A stretch of 43,391 nt of DNA from Nitriliruptoraceae bacterium (GTDB taxonomy: Bacteria > Actinomycetota > Nitriliruptoria > Nitriliruptorales > Nitriliruptoraceae): assembly GCA_040903225.1 (NCBI GenBank), contig JBBDVU010000031.1, positions 1 to 43,391 of the forward strand. The letters run 5' to 3'. Shown piece after piece: positions 1-9,358 of this stretch (its first letter is position 1; the number at the start of each line of letters is the position of its first letter). The notes beneath the pieces were generated by a model that saw nothing but the letters and a program-made list of their open reading frames with translations, ran no database searches and was not told the origin of the DNA. Position numbers and translations under genes: made by a program.

Positions 1-582
1 CGGCTCAAGCCGATCGAGCGCCGCACGTTTCTGCGGTACAGCCTGATCGGGGCGACCAGCGCCGGTCTCGGCGGCTTCGGGCTGTCCGCGCTGGGCTTCA
101 TGTGGCCCCGCCTGGGCGACGGCCTGTTCGGCGAAGTGCCGCTGGGAGACGCCACGTCGCTTGTCTCCGAGATCACCTCGATGCGCACGCCGATCCGAGT
201 GCCGGCCGGCGGAGTCTCGATCATTGTTTGGGATCCGTCGAGCAGCAGGGCGATGGCGGCGTACGGAGATGATCACCAGGCGATCATCAGCGATGACGTG
301 GCATTGATGGCGATCAACACCCAGTCGTGTCCACATCTGGGCTGTGCCGTGCCCTGGTGCCAGACCTCGCAGTGGTTCGAGTGTCCCTGCCATGGGTCGC
401 GCTACAACCGGTACGGCGAGTGGACCGATGGACCCGCGCCGCGCGGGTTGGACCGCTACTCGTCGTTCATCGACGATAGTGGCCAGTTTGTGGTCGACTT
501 AGGCAACGCCCTGACCGGTCCTGCGCGTACCGCCAACGTCCTCGAGCAATCGCCCGAGGGCCCGAACTGCGTCGACGCTTGA
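1..582 (+). CDS. qcrA: Rieske [2Fe-2S] subunit of a cytochrome bc-type menaquinol:cytochrome c reductase; 5' end lies upstream of the window
   Basis: Frame 1 is open from nt 1. The C-terminal part carries both Rieske cluster boxes (CPHLGC ... CPCHGS). A dihaem cytochrome c gene follows 4 nt downstream. Confidence 0.85.
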   Translation, partial: RLKPIERRTFLRYSLIGATSAGLGGFGLSALGFMWPRLGDGLFGEVPLGDATSLVSEITSMRTPIRVPAGGVSIIVWDPSSSRAMAAYGDDHQAIISDDVALMAINTQSCPHLGCAVPWCQTSQWFECPCHGSRYNRYGEWTDGPAPRGLDRYSSFIDDSGQFVVDLGNALTGPARTANVLEQSPEGPNCVDA

Positions 583-585
583 GCC

Positions 586-1602
586 TTGGAGCACCTGATG
601 CCTGACCTGTTCGTGCTAGTGGAGAGTGCCGGTAGCGGCTCGGCCGTGCCGATCATCATCCTTCTGGCGGCCCTCGTTGCGTTCGGAATCGCCTACTTCA
701 TCGTTGGTCCGGGTCGACGCTCGGGACCACGCCGTCGCGCCGACATCCCGTTGGGTATGCGGCCGGCGCATTCCGATGAGGAACTCGAAGGCCCGGCCAT
801 GGAACGCGCGATGGCGTGGGGCGTCGCCCTCGCTGTCTTCGCGTCGTTGTTCTTGCCGCTGTACTGGCTGATCGAGCCGGGCCGCATCGACAATGCGGTC
901 GAGACGCAGTACCAGCAGGACGTTGCCAACGGTCGGGCGGAATACCAGAACGCCTGCGCGGCATGTCACGGTGTCAACCTCGAAGGTGGATCGGCGCCGC
1001 ATCCTGATCCTGATATCGAGGCACCATGGCCCGCGCCAACACTTGACAATATCGTTGCGCGCTACCAGGACTCCGAGGTGGTCACCGACGTCCGTGAGTT
1101 CATTTGGCTGACACTCGTACACGGGCGGCCTGGCACTCCCATGCAGGGATTCAGCACGGCCAGCGGCGGCGTGTACAGCGACCATCAGCTCAATACGATC
1201 ATCGCCTACATCTTGTCGGTGCAGACCGGTGAAGTGCCCGAGATCGACGTTCAGGCGTTCGTCGGCCAGTCCGGCGACGACCTGTTCAGTGCGAATTGCG
1301 CGCGTTGTCACGGTGTCGACGCTCAGGGTTACGTCGGGCCGCAGCTGACGAACGTGTTCGAACGTTACGGCTGGACGCCCGGCGACGACGAGTCCGAGGC
1401 GCGCGCCCGTGCGGTGGTGCGGGGAGTCATCACGAATGGCCGGGGCATTCCTGGCAAGGCGCCGATGCCCGCGTTCGATCAGTCACTCCCATCTGGCGCG
1501 ATCGAGTCGATTGTTGACCACTTGGCGTCGCTACAAGAGACCGGTGGGCCCCGCTTCGGCCAGATCGGTGGGCCTCCGGCCGCCGCTCAGGAGGCATCGT
1601 GA
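586..1602 (+). CDS. qcrC: Membrane-anchored dihaem cytochrome c subunit of the bc complex
   Basis: Two CxxCH haem-c motifs (CAACH, CARCH). N-terminal hydrophobic helices. Position directly after the Rieske gene. Start is TTG 586 or ATG 598. Confidence 0.8.
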   Translation: MEHLMPDLFVLVESAGSGSAVPIIILLAALVAFGIAYFIVGPGRRSGPRRRADIPLGMRPAHSDEELEGPAMERAMAWGVALAVFASLFLPLYWLIEPGRIDNAVETQYQQDVANGRAEYQNACAACHGVNLEGGSAPHPDPDIEAPWPAPTLDNIVARYQDSEVVTDVREFIWLTLVHGRPGTPMQGFSTASGGVYSDHQLNTIIAYILSVQTGEVPEIDVQAFVGQSGDDLFSANCARCHGVDAQGYVGPQLTNVFERYGWTPGDDESEARARAVVRGVITNGRGIPGKAPMPAFDQSLPSGAIESIVDHLASLQETGGPRFGQIGGPPAAAQEAS

Positions 1603-2534
1603 TCATGGATGTTTTGTCCACGTTGAACGTGTTCGTCGCGGTTGAAGCGGCGATTCCGGCCGATCATCCTGCTGCGCGGCTTGCTGTGCCACTTGGCATC
1701 GTGTTTTTCGTCGGCTCGATCTATCTGCTGTTGTGGTCGAATTACGGTGCCAAGAAGTCCGCGGCAATTACCGGTGTCGCCTGGTTCGGCTTCTCATTCA
1801 TGATCGGTTTGTTCTGGTGGCTCGGGGCACCGGGTATTCCGGCTGGCTTGGGTATCTCGCATTTGCCAGGTCAAGGCAACGATCACTACAACCCGGGCTG
1901 GTACGCATTCGAAGCTGGTTCCGAACGCGCCGCGTACTTCCCAAGTATCAACAACATCGACGATTTCCGGCCAATCACGGAGTATCTGGGAGTTTCCGTG
2001 CAGGACGAAGACGAAACGTTCTCCGACCCCAAGTTCGCTGACCTGTCTGGTGCCGTCTCGCAAGCCAGCGACCGGATGCGCGACCTATTTCTGCCGATTG
2101 ACGCCAACGGGATCGCGCAGATCGGCTCGGAACGGCGGCAACAGTTCGAGGCCGATGCGGCTGCAAACCAGCCGGCTGAAGCCGTGCGGCGCGCGCAGCC
2201 GTTTTACACGGCACGGGCCGTTGGCGAGCCACGAATCATCGACGATGCGGCAACGGGGCTGCGAGTGGTTGTAAACGAGTTCCAGGCCTTCGCAACCTTC
2301 CTTGACGCCAATGCGGTTGCGCTGGAACCCGTGCCAGTGGGACCGAGTGAATCGCGGTTTGCGTTCTACGACCCAGGTCAGAACGCGTTTCCTTCTGCGC
2401 TCTGGACGGTAGTGTCACTGGTGTTGTTCCTCCTGAGCCTGTGGTGGCTCGACGCCAGCGAACAGCGCGAGAAGCGCATGGCGATGGATGCGGTTGAGGA
2501 ACCTGAGGACTTGGCGGTACCGATCGCCCAGTAG
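1599..2534 (+). CDS. Hypothetical integral membrane protein, translationally coupled to the cytochrome c gene
   Basis: GTGA start/stop overlap with the upstream gene. Three N-terminal and one C-terminal hydrophobic segments flank a roughly 170-aa soluble domain. I recognise no family motif. Confidence 0.6.
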   Translation: MIMDVLSTLNVFVAVEAAIPADHPAARLAVPLGIVFFVGSIYLLLWSNYGAKKSAAITGVAWFGFSFMIGLFWWLGAPGIPAGLGISHLPGQGNDHYNPGWYAFEAGSERAAYFPSINNIDDFRPITEYLGVSVQDEDETFSDPKFADLSGAVSQASDRMRDLFLPIDANGIAQIGSERRQQFEADAAANQPAEAVRRAQPFYTARAVGEPRIIDDAATGLRVVVNEFQAFATFLDANAVALEPVPVGPSESRFAFYDPGQNAFPSALWTVVSLVLFLLSLWWLDASEQREKRMAMDAVEEPEDLAVPIAQ

Positions 2535-2763
2535 GCCGTCCAGCGACATCAACGCGAACGAGTGCGGGTGGGCCTATGGCGGCGCAATCCGGTGCTTGGT
2601 TCTGCTTCGATTCGCGTCCGTTGGCGAGGTCAGGCACCATCGCAGCTGCCAGCTTGAGGTTGGTGCGTTGCCGCAGCGAATCCAGTGGTTGCGATCCAGC
2701 GTGAAGCTTCAGATGTGTCATGGTCGTACGGATCATGCTGATTCAGCTTTGACAGAGGATGCC

Positions 2764-3330
2764 GTGAGACGGCTAGCGCTCCTGCTCTCGCTCGTGTTCC
2801 TGGCTGCATGTGCCAGCGGCACCGGCAACGCGGCTGACTGTGACCGGATCGCCGGTGTCCGACCGGGTCTGTGCCCGATACCAGCAGACGAACGGCGTGT
2901 CGCACCCATCGACGAACTGGAGGCGCTGACCACCCAAGGATTGGGGGGTTCGCTGTCACTAGAAGACTTCCGTGGACGTGTCGTAGTCTTGAACTTCTGG
3001 GCATCGTGGTGCGGACCATGCCGGGTCGAACAGCCGGACCTCAACGATGCGCACGACATGTTGCCAGCTGATGCCGTTGCGTTCCTCGGCGTCAATATCG
3101 AAGATTCGGTCGCCAACGCCGCCGCTCACCTGCGGGAATACGGCGTTGAGTATCCGTCGGTTTACGACCCGGCGAACCGTTATGCATCCCGATTCGAAGG
3201 CGTCGGGCCGAGGACGATTCCCTCGACCATCTTCATTGACCGGCACGGACGCGTTGCTGCCCGGATCTTTGGCATCGTTTCGACCGGTGAGCTGGTGGGG
3301 ATGGCCGACGCAATCGCGAACGAGGCCTGA
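2764..3330 (+). CDS. resA: TlpA/ResA-type thiol:disulfide oxidoreductase lipoprotein (cytochrome c maturation)
   Basis: WASWCGPC thioredoxin active site. N-terminus VRRLALLLSLVFLAAC is a lipoprotein signal with lipobox. I chose GTG 2764 inside the longer track ORF 2488..3330; ATG 2713 is an alternative start. Confidence 0.8.
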   Translation: MRRLALLLSLVFLAACASGTGNAADCDRIAGVRPGLCPIPADERRVAPIDELEALTTQGLGGSLSLEDFRGRVVVLNFWASWCGPCRVEQPDLNDAHDMLPADAVAFLGVNIEDSVANAAAHLREYGVEYPSVYDPANRYASRFEGVGPRTIPSTIFIDRHGRVAARIFGIVSTGELVGMADAIANEA

Positions 3331-3332
3331 CG

Positions 3333-4085
3333 ATGGCCGAGACCATTCAGGCAGTCATCTTCGACGGAAACTTTCTGGTCGCAGCTGCGATTGCGTTCGC
3401 GGCAGGTTTCGTGTCGTTCGCATCACCGTGTGTGCTGCCGTTGGTGCCGGGCTATCTGTCGTACATGACCGGCTTATCGGGCCAGGACCTTGCGACCGGC
3501 GGGGTGCGTGCCACCGGGCGCGTACTGGCCGGTTCCGTGCTGTTTGTGATCGGATTCGCGATCCCGTTCGTGATGCTGGGATTCGCAGCTGGCCTCGTCA
3601 GCACGATGTTCTATTCCACGACGGTGCGAATCATCATGGGCTCGCTGGTTGCCGTGCTCGGCCTGCTACTCGCGTTTGGTCAGATGACCCGTGAATACCG
3701 TTTCGTCCGGCGTGCCCCGACCGGTGGTGTCGCGACCGCGCCGGTGCTCGGCTTCGTATTCGGTGTCGGTTGGACGCCATGCTTGGGCCCGGCAGCAGGC
3801 GCCATCCTGACACTGTCCGCTTCGGTTACCGGCGGCGTGTCGGGTCGGGGCGCTGCTCTAGGATTTGTCTATGCGATGGGTCTGGGGCTGCCCTTCATCG
3901 CGTTCGGGGTGATGTTCCGCCGTTTGTCTTCGTTGCTCGACGTCCTCAAACGCAACGCGTTGCTGCTGCAGCGGCTTGGCGGCGGGCTGCTCACTATCGT
4001 TGGCATCAGCATTGCTACCGGCTTGTGGGATCGCCTGATGTTCCTGCTGCGCCCGCTGATCCAGGGATTTGAGGTGCCGATCTGA
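3333..4085 (+). CDS. ccdA: Cytochrome c biogenesis thiol-reductant transporter CcdA (DsbD-like core)
   Basis: Six-TM protein with the CcdA-type motif SPCVLPLVPGYLSYM and a second conserved Cys (WTPCLGP). Lies between resA and resB. Confidence 0.85.
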   Translation: MAETIQAVIFDGNFLVAAAIAFAAGFVSFASPCVLPLVPGYLSYMTGLSGQDLATGGVRATGRVLAGSVLFVIGFAIPFVMLGFAAGLVSTMFYSTTVRIIMGSLVAVLGLLLAFGQMTREYRFVRRAPTGGVATAPVLGFVFGVGWTPCLGPAAGAILTLSASVTGGVSGRGAALGFVYAMGLGLPFIAFGVMFRRLSSLLDVLKRNALLLQRLGGGLLTIVGISIATGLWDRLMFLLRPLIQGFEVPI

Positions 4086-4213
4086 GTTCGCCGCCGACCG
4101 ATCCGGGGCATCTGCGTGATCGTTTCGACGAGTCCGCGCCTCCACCGCTCGCCAACCCTCGCATTCGTCGCACCCACACGCGGCCAGGGCTCGCGGGGTT
4201 TGTCGGCGATTCT

Positions 4214-5839
4214 GTGGCAATGGGTTGGCGCTGGCTGACACGCATGAAAACCGCGCTTGGCATGCTCGCCGTGCTGGCGCTCATGACCGCGGTCGCGACT
4301 GCGATCCCGCAGGCTCCAAACGTTCCCGGAACCGTCGACGCGTGGCTGGCAGGCGAGCAAGGTCCTGGGTCAGCTGTTGCCGCGGCCCTGCACGCGATTG
4401 GCGCGTTTGACGTCTATGGTTCGCCAGCGTTTCTGGCGTTGCTGCTTGCGCTGTTCCTGAGTTTGACCGCCTGCCTGATTCCGCGCATCAAGGCTTGGGT
4501 GATCCTTGTACGCCGCAGTCGGCCGCCGATCATGCGCGAATTGCCACATGACGCCGTCCGCATCCACACCCGACAAGACGCAGCCACAACCGCAAACGTG
4601 CTGCGTGACCTGCTTGGTACCCGGCGCTGGCGGTTGCGCGTCGATCAGTCCGGCCAGCCGACGCCTGCTGACGTGGCCTCACGGGTGGCGGGCGACACCG
4701 GTGTCTCGATCGAGGCGCGGAGCGACGCCCTGGTGGTGAATCTTGCGGGCGAGAAGGGGTTGTGGTCGCGAGAAGGCGGCAGCATTCTGTTCCACCTGAG
4801 CTTCTATGTGCTGCTGGCTGCCATCGTGTTTGGCCAACTCCTTACGTTCGAAGGCCAGCGTGGTGTCATCGAAGGCGAACCGGGGTTCGCTGACACCGAA
4901 GTCTCCTATTGGGCGTACCGTCCTGGCCGCTGGTTTAGCGGAGCCGATCATGCCGGCTGGCAGCTCGATCTCGATGCGTTCCACATCGACTGGATTCGCG
5001 ATCCGCATGCACCCGGTGCCGGCCAGCCAACCAAGTTTCGTTCGGATGTGACGATAACGATGCCCGACGGCGATATGTTCGTCGCGGATGTCGAAGGCAA
5101 TCGCCCACTGGTCATCGATGGGGTGAAGATCCATCAGCTGGACTGGGGATATGCGCCGTGGGTCGAGATTGAGGTCGACGGTGACCTTGTGTATGCGTCG
5201 TTTATCACTACGGTCGCCTCAGACGACGGTGCATTCCGTGGCGCAGCAAAAGCGCCTGCCGCTACGCCAGACGTCGGGCTCGAGCTGGAACTGTTCCCAT
5301 TTTCGCCGGACGGTGACGACGGGCTACCCCGGCTCACCGGTGCGCCGTGGGATGACGCACCGTTGCTGATTTTCCACCAGTGGCGGGGTGACTTGCAGCT
5401 GGGTCGGACGCAGCAGTTGATTACTGAACTGGACACCAACCTGCTGGAGCCAGAAGGCTTCGGGTTCATGCGGCCCGGCGACGAGGTTGAACTCAACGGC
5501 GTGGTCGTCCGATTCACGGAGCTTCGGCGATGGGTGGGCTTTCAGGTCAGCTATCGGCCGCAGATCCCATGGCTGCTGTTCGGCTCGGCATTGCTTATTG
5601 CCGGCCTCGTGACCGCTCTCTACGCGTACCGGCGACGTGTCTGGATGCGTGTCGAATCTGACCCGTCGACAGGGCGTACCATCGTTTCGGTGTATGGCCG
5701 GGCCTTTCAACGGCCCGAAAAGTTCGAGGTCGATTTCGGGGCACTGATCGATGAAATGTGCCAGACGGTCGACGGAGTCCGTAGCGATAGCGCGGCTGGC
5801 ATCACCGCCGCTGAGCGCGCGAAAGAAGGTGCGTCATGA
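4214..5839 (+). CDS. resB: System II cytochrome c biogenesis protein ResB/Ccs1
   Basis: N-terminus WRWLTRMKTAL...IPQ is typical of ResB. Large extracytoplasmic domain plus a C-terminal TM helix. ATGA overlap with the downstream ccsB. Confidence 0.8.
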   Translation: MAMGWRWLTRMKTALGMLAVLALMTAVATAIPQAPNVPGTVDAWLAGEQGPGSAVAAALHAIGAFDVYGSPAFLALLLALFLSLTACLIPRIKAWVILVRRSRPPIMRELPHDAVRIHTRQDAATTANVLRDLLGTRRWRLRVDQSGQPTPADVASRVAGDTGVSIEARSDALVVNLAGEKGLWSREGGSILFHLSFYVLLAAIVFGQLLTFEGQRGVIEGEPGFADTEVSYWAYRPGRWFSGADHAGWQLDLDAFHIDWIRDPHAPGAGQPTKFRSDVTITMPDGDMFVADVEGNRPLVIDGVKIHQLDWGYAPWVEIEVDGDLVYASFITTVASDDGAFRGAAKAPAATPDVGLELELFPFSPDGDDGLPRLTGAPWDDAPLLIFHQWRGDLQLGRTQQLITELDTNLLEPEGFGFMRPGDEVELNGVVVRFTELRRWVGFQVSYRPQIPWLLFGSALLIAGLVTALYAYRRRVWMRVESDPSTGRTIVSVYGRAFQRPEKFEVDFGALIDEMCQTVDGVRSDSAAGITAAERAKEGAS

Positions 5840-7050
5840 CGCAGATCCAGCTCGCTGAATGGTCGCGGGTCCTGTATTCACCGACGACGATTCTGTTGTA
5901 TTTCGCGGCAGCGTTTGTCTACCTGTATGCGTTGACGACCACGGTTGGTCGAGTCAAGGACCGCGTGCGGGGTCGCCGTGCGCAACAGGCAGCGGGTGTG
6001 GTGACGGTGCTTGGCCTGACCGCTCACATCGCGCACGAAATCTTTCGCGGCTTGGCACAAGATCGACTGCCACTGGGAAACATGTTCGAAGTCACGTCCT
6101 TGATGGCACTGGTCGGTGTCGGTGCAGGTGTCGGCTACCTGCAGTTTGTACGGAAACGCCCTGAACTCAACGGCTTCGTGTTGCTCGCTGGTGGCTTGCT
6201 GGTGGCGTTCGCAGGGCTGATGTATGCCGAGCCGGGGCCCTTGATGCCGATCTTGGACACGTGGTGGCGACCGTTCCATGTTTCGTTGCTCGTCGCTGCG
6301 ATGGGCATATTCGCGGCCGGGTTCGTCTTCCACGGGCTGTATCTGCTGAGTGAGCGGGCTGAGCAGGTTCGATTGGTGATGACGGAATCATCCGCCGGCG
6401 CCGCGACGACGACGGCCACGGCAACCGTGTCCGGCGCCATTGTTGCGCCACAAGTACGGATACCGCGCGATGCCGCGCGAGATGCGACGACAGCGGCTGG
6501 TACGCCAGGTGAGCCAGATGCGCCGACGATTGCTGACCCGAGCGTTCGGTCGGCGATGCGGCAAGCTACCTCGCCGTTCAAGCTGGGCATCGGCATGTTC
6601 CTGGGGACGGCCACCGTGTCCTGGGTCTTCATTGTCGCCGGCGATACGACCGCGGTGGGCGTCGGCCGGTTTCTCGGCATCAATATTGCGATGGTTGCGG
6701 CCGCGTTGATTGCCTGGTGGTTCACACCGTTTCTGCCGTCGGCACAGACACTCGACGGGCTGGCACACCGGACGATTGCGTTTGCGTTCGTCATGTGGAC
6801 CGTGGGCACAATCGCTGGAGCGATGTGGGCCGAACAGAGCTGGGGTCGATTCTGGGGGTGGGACCCCAAGGAGACCGGCGCGTTTCTGACCTGGGTCGTC
6901 TACGCCGGCTACCTGCATGGGCGCGCTACTCGCGGCGTCAGAGGTCGGCTGGCAGCCTGGATCGGCATCGGCGCGTTCGTCGTCCTGATGGGAACCTATC
7001 TGATCGCCAACTATGTCATCGTTGGGCTGCATTCCTACGCCGGCCTGTGA
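5836..7050 (+). CDS. ccsB: System II cytochrome c synthase CcsB/ResC (CcsA family)
   Basis: WWD-type haem-handling motif WGRFWGWDPKETGAFLTW with flanking conserved His. Polytopic. Contains a roughly 70-aa Ala/Thr-rich loop insertion. Confidence 0.85.
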   Translation: MTQIQLAEWSRVLYSPTTILLYFAAAFVYLYALTTTVGRVKDRVRGRRAQQAAGVVTVLGLTAHIAHEIFRGLAQDRLPLGNMFEVTSLMALVGVGAGVGYLQFVRKRPELNGFVLLAGGLLVAFAGLMYAEPGPLMPILDTWWRPFHVSLLVAAMGIFAAGFVFHGLYLLSERAEQVRLVMTESSAGAATTTATATVSGAIVAPQVRIPRDAARDATTAAGTPGEPDAPTIADPSVRSAMRQATSPFKLGIGMFLGTATVSWVFIVAGDTTAVGVGRFLGINIAMVAAALIAWWFTPFLPSAQTLDGLAHRTIAFAFVMWTVGTIAGAMWAEQSWGRFWGWDPKETGAFLTWVVYAGYLHGRATRGVRGRLAAWIGIGAFVVLMGTYLIANYVIVGLHSYAGL

Positions 7051-7058
7051 CTACTGGC

Positions 7059-8273
7059 TCAGTGTCTGCTGGTGGCCAGCGTTTCCAGCGCCTGGCGGTC
7101 AGGTTTCCCCAGTCCGGTTGTGGGAATGGCATCGACGAACAGCAATCGCTTTGGCGAATGCCCGCGAGGAAGTGCGGCGCGCACATGCGTCAAGAGGGCG
7201 TCCGGGTCGATCTCACGATTTGACACGACGAACGCAACGATGGCGTAGCCCCAGCGCCGGTCAGGGACACCGATCACGGCAGCGTCGGTGACGCCTGGAT
7301 AGGAACGCACCGCTTGTGCGATCGGCGACGCGGGAATGTTCTCACCGCCCGACACGATGATGTCGTCGGCACGTCCGTGTACGCGCAGCCGTCCTTGGTC
7401 GTCGAGCTCGCCGAGATCGTTGCTGGTGAACCAGCCGTTGCACGACCCGGGACTCGATCCCTGGCCGCTGTCAAGATAACCCGAGAACATCATCGGACCA
7501 GCAATAGCGATCCGGCCGTTACGTTCGATGCGTACCTTGGCCTGGCCGATGGGTACGCCGTCGTAGACGCACCCACCGCAGGTTTCGGTCATGCCATACG
7601 AGGTGACGACCCGGGGTCCGGCAGCATGCAAGCCAACAATCGTCTGGGCGCTGGCCGGGCCGCCACCCAGCAGGATTGTTGTCCATGGCAGCCATTCGGG
7701 TTGCCGCGCGAGGACCTGTTCCGCCTGGGTCGGCACGAGCGAAATGTGGGTCGCCTGCGATGCGGTGATGGCCGCCGGATCATCAGCAGGCAGGTATTCC
7801 GGTTCGGTGCCGCTCCGCCAGCTGCGTAGCAGCACCTGAATGCCGGCGACGTGGTGCAGGGGAAGGGCAAGAGCGAACCGGTCTCCGTGCGCTGCCGCTA
7901 GGTATTCGACGCTGGCGCGGGTGGATGCTGCAAGTGCCGCATGCGTCAACATCACCCCTTTCGGGGCTCCGGTGGAACCCGACGTTGTCACGACTAGCGC
8001 ACAGTCGGAAACCAGGCGCTTGTGGCTTGCTGGCCCGTCCGCATCCGGGCCGTCACCGTCGCGACAGAGATCGAGTACACCGGTCTCATCAACGAGGTCA
8101 TCGGGCCAAAGCGCCGACACCAAATCCTGCGCAGGTCGGGCTGCTGCAGGTATCTGACTGGATGACCAGGGCAAGGGAAGAACGGCATCACCTGTTTCCC
8201 AGACACGCCGCAGGTGGGCACCGAACGCCTCGTTTGGCACATGGAGTGCAACCAGGCGGCGGGTCATACGCAT
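7059..8273 (-). CDS. menE: o-Succinylbenzoate-CoA ligase (AMP-binding superfamily)
   Basis: AMP-binding box TSGSTGAPKGV and a GYGMTE-like motif (SYGMTETCG). Divergently adjacent to menB. Start trimmed to MRMTRRL (8273 or 8267), because the track ORF start (8417) would overlap menB. Confidence 0.75.
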   Translation of the reverse strand: MRMTRRLVALHVPNEAFGAHLRRVWETGDAVLPLPWSSSQIPAAARPAQDLVSALWPDDLVDETGVLDLCRDGDGPDADGPASHKRLVSDCALVVTTSGSTGAPKGVMLTHAALAASTRASVEYLAAAHGDRFALALPLHHVAGIQVLLRSWRSGTEPEYLPADDPAAITASQATHISLVPTQAEQVLARQPEWLPWTTILLGGGPASAQTIVGLHAAGPRVVTSYGMTETCGGCVYDGVPIGQAKVRIERNGRIAIAGPMMFSGYLDSGQGSSPGSCNGWFTSNDLGELDDQGRLRVHGRADDIIVSGGENIPASPIAQAVRSYPGVTDAAVIGVPDRRWGYAIVAFVVSNREIDPDALLTHVRAALPRGHSPKRLLFVDAIPTTGLGKPDRQALETLATSRH

Positions 8274-8389
8274 CCTCACTCGTGGTTGGTGCAGGTCTTG
8301 GCGGTAGCGTATGGCCGCAACGGGCGTGCCAGCATGCATCGCGCTGTCCGTCGCAAATACGCTGCCACTTGCGGCCAGGAGCCTGCACG

Positions 8390-9298
8390 ATGTCCCAACA
8401 GCCAGCGGTTTCTGCACTGTTCGAACGAGATCGATGGGAGCCGGTCGTTGGGTTCCACGACCTCAACGACATCACCTATCACCGCGCAGTCGATCAACCC
8501 ACAGTGCGAATTGCGTTCGATCGGCCGGAAGTTCGCAACGCGTTCCGGCCCCAGACGGTCGATGAGTTGTACCGGGCGCTCGACCACGCACGCATGACAC
8601 CCGACGTCGGGTGCGTACTGCTCACCGGCAACGGCCCTTCACCGCGTGACGGCGGTTGGGCGTTTTGCTCAGGCGGTGACCAGCGGATTCGTGGACGCGA
8701 CGGCTACCAGTACGACGACGGCGCCGATGCCTCGTCTGCGCAGCTTGGTCGGCTGCACATTCTCGAAGTGCAGCGGCTCATCCGATTTATGCCCAAAGTG
8801 GTCATCTGCGTCGTTCCAGGATGGGCTGCCGGCGGTGGCCACTCACTGCACGTCGTGTGCGATTTGACTATCGCAAGCCGCCAGCACGCCCGCTTCAAGC
8901 AGACAGACCTCGACGTGGCCTCGTTCGATGGAGGCTTCGGCTCCGCGTATCTTGCCAAGCAGGTCGGTCAGAAGTTCGCGCGGGAGATCTTCTTCCTCGG
9001 TGACGAATACACGGCAGATGACGCGTTCAGGATGGGCATGGTCAATGCGGTAGTTGACCACGACGATCTCGAGCACGTCGCGATCGAATGGGCGCGCAAG
9101 GTCAACGGGAAGTCGCCCACCGCAACCCGAATGCTGAAGTTTGCCATGAACGCGGTCGACGACGGTCTCGTCGGGCAGCAGGTGTTCGCCGGCGAAGCGA
9201 CACGCCTTGCGTACATGACCGATGAAGCAGTTGAGGGTCGAGACGCGTTCCTCCAGAAACGCAATCCCGATTGGTCATCGTTTCCTTACCACTTCTAG
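8390..9298 (+). CDS. menB: 1,4-Dihydroxy-2-naphthoyl-CoA synthase
   Basis: Crotonase-fold MenB strings (YHRAVDQPTVRIAFDRPEVRNAFRP, CSGGDQ, GGGHSLH). The start is the internal ATG (MSQQPAV) of track ORF 7925..9298. Confidence 0.9.
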   Translation: MSQQPAVSALFERDRWEPVVGFHDLNDITYHRAVDQPTVRIAFDRPEVRNAFRPQTVDELYRALDHARMTPDVGCVLLTGNGPSPRDGGWAFCSGGDQRIRGRDGYQYDDGADASSAQLGRLHILEVQRLIRFMPKVVICVVPGWAAGGGHSLHVVCDLTIASRQHARFKQTDLDVASFDGGFGSAYLAKQVGQKFAREIFFLGDEYTADDAFRMGMVNAVVDHDDLEHVAIEWARKVNGKSPTATRMLKFAMNAVDDGLVGQQVFAGEATRLAYMTDEAVEGRDAFLQKRNPDWSSFPYHF

Positions 9299-9358
9299 GC
9301 GATCGACGGCGGACAACCGGCCGAGACTTGGTCGGTCCAACTGCTGAGCGAGGCATGC

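Noticed and set aside
2236-2736. 166-aa minus-strand ORF spanning the 230-nt gap between the qcr-linked membrane protein gene and resA.
   Set aside because: About 300 nt of it overlaps the 3' end of the plus-strand gene. The translation is Pro/Arg/Ala-rich, and I saw no Shine-Dalgarno sequence or motif. The gap is more likely a promoter region for the ccs operon.
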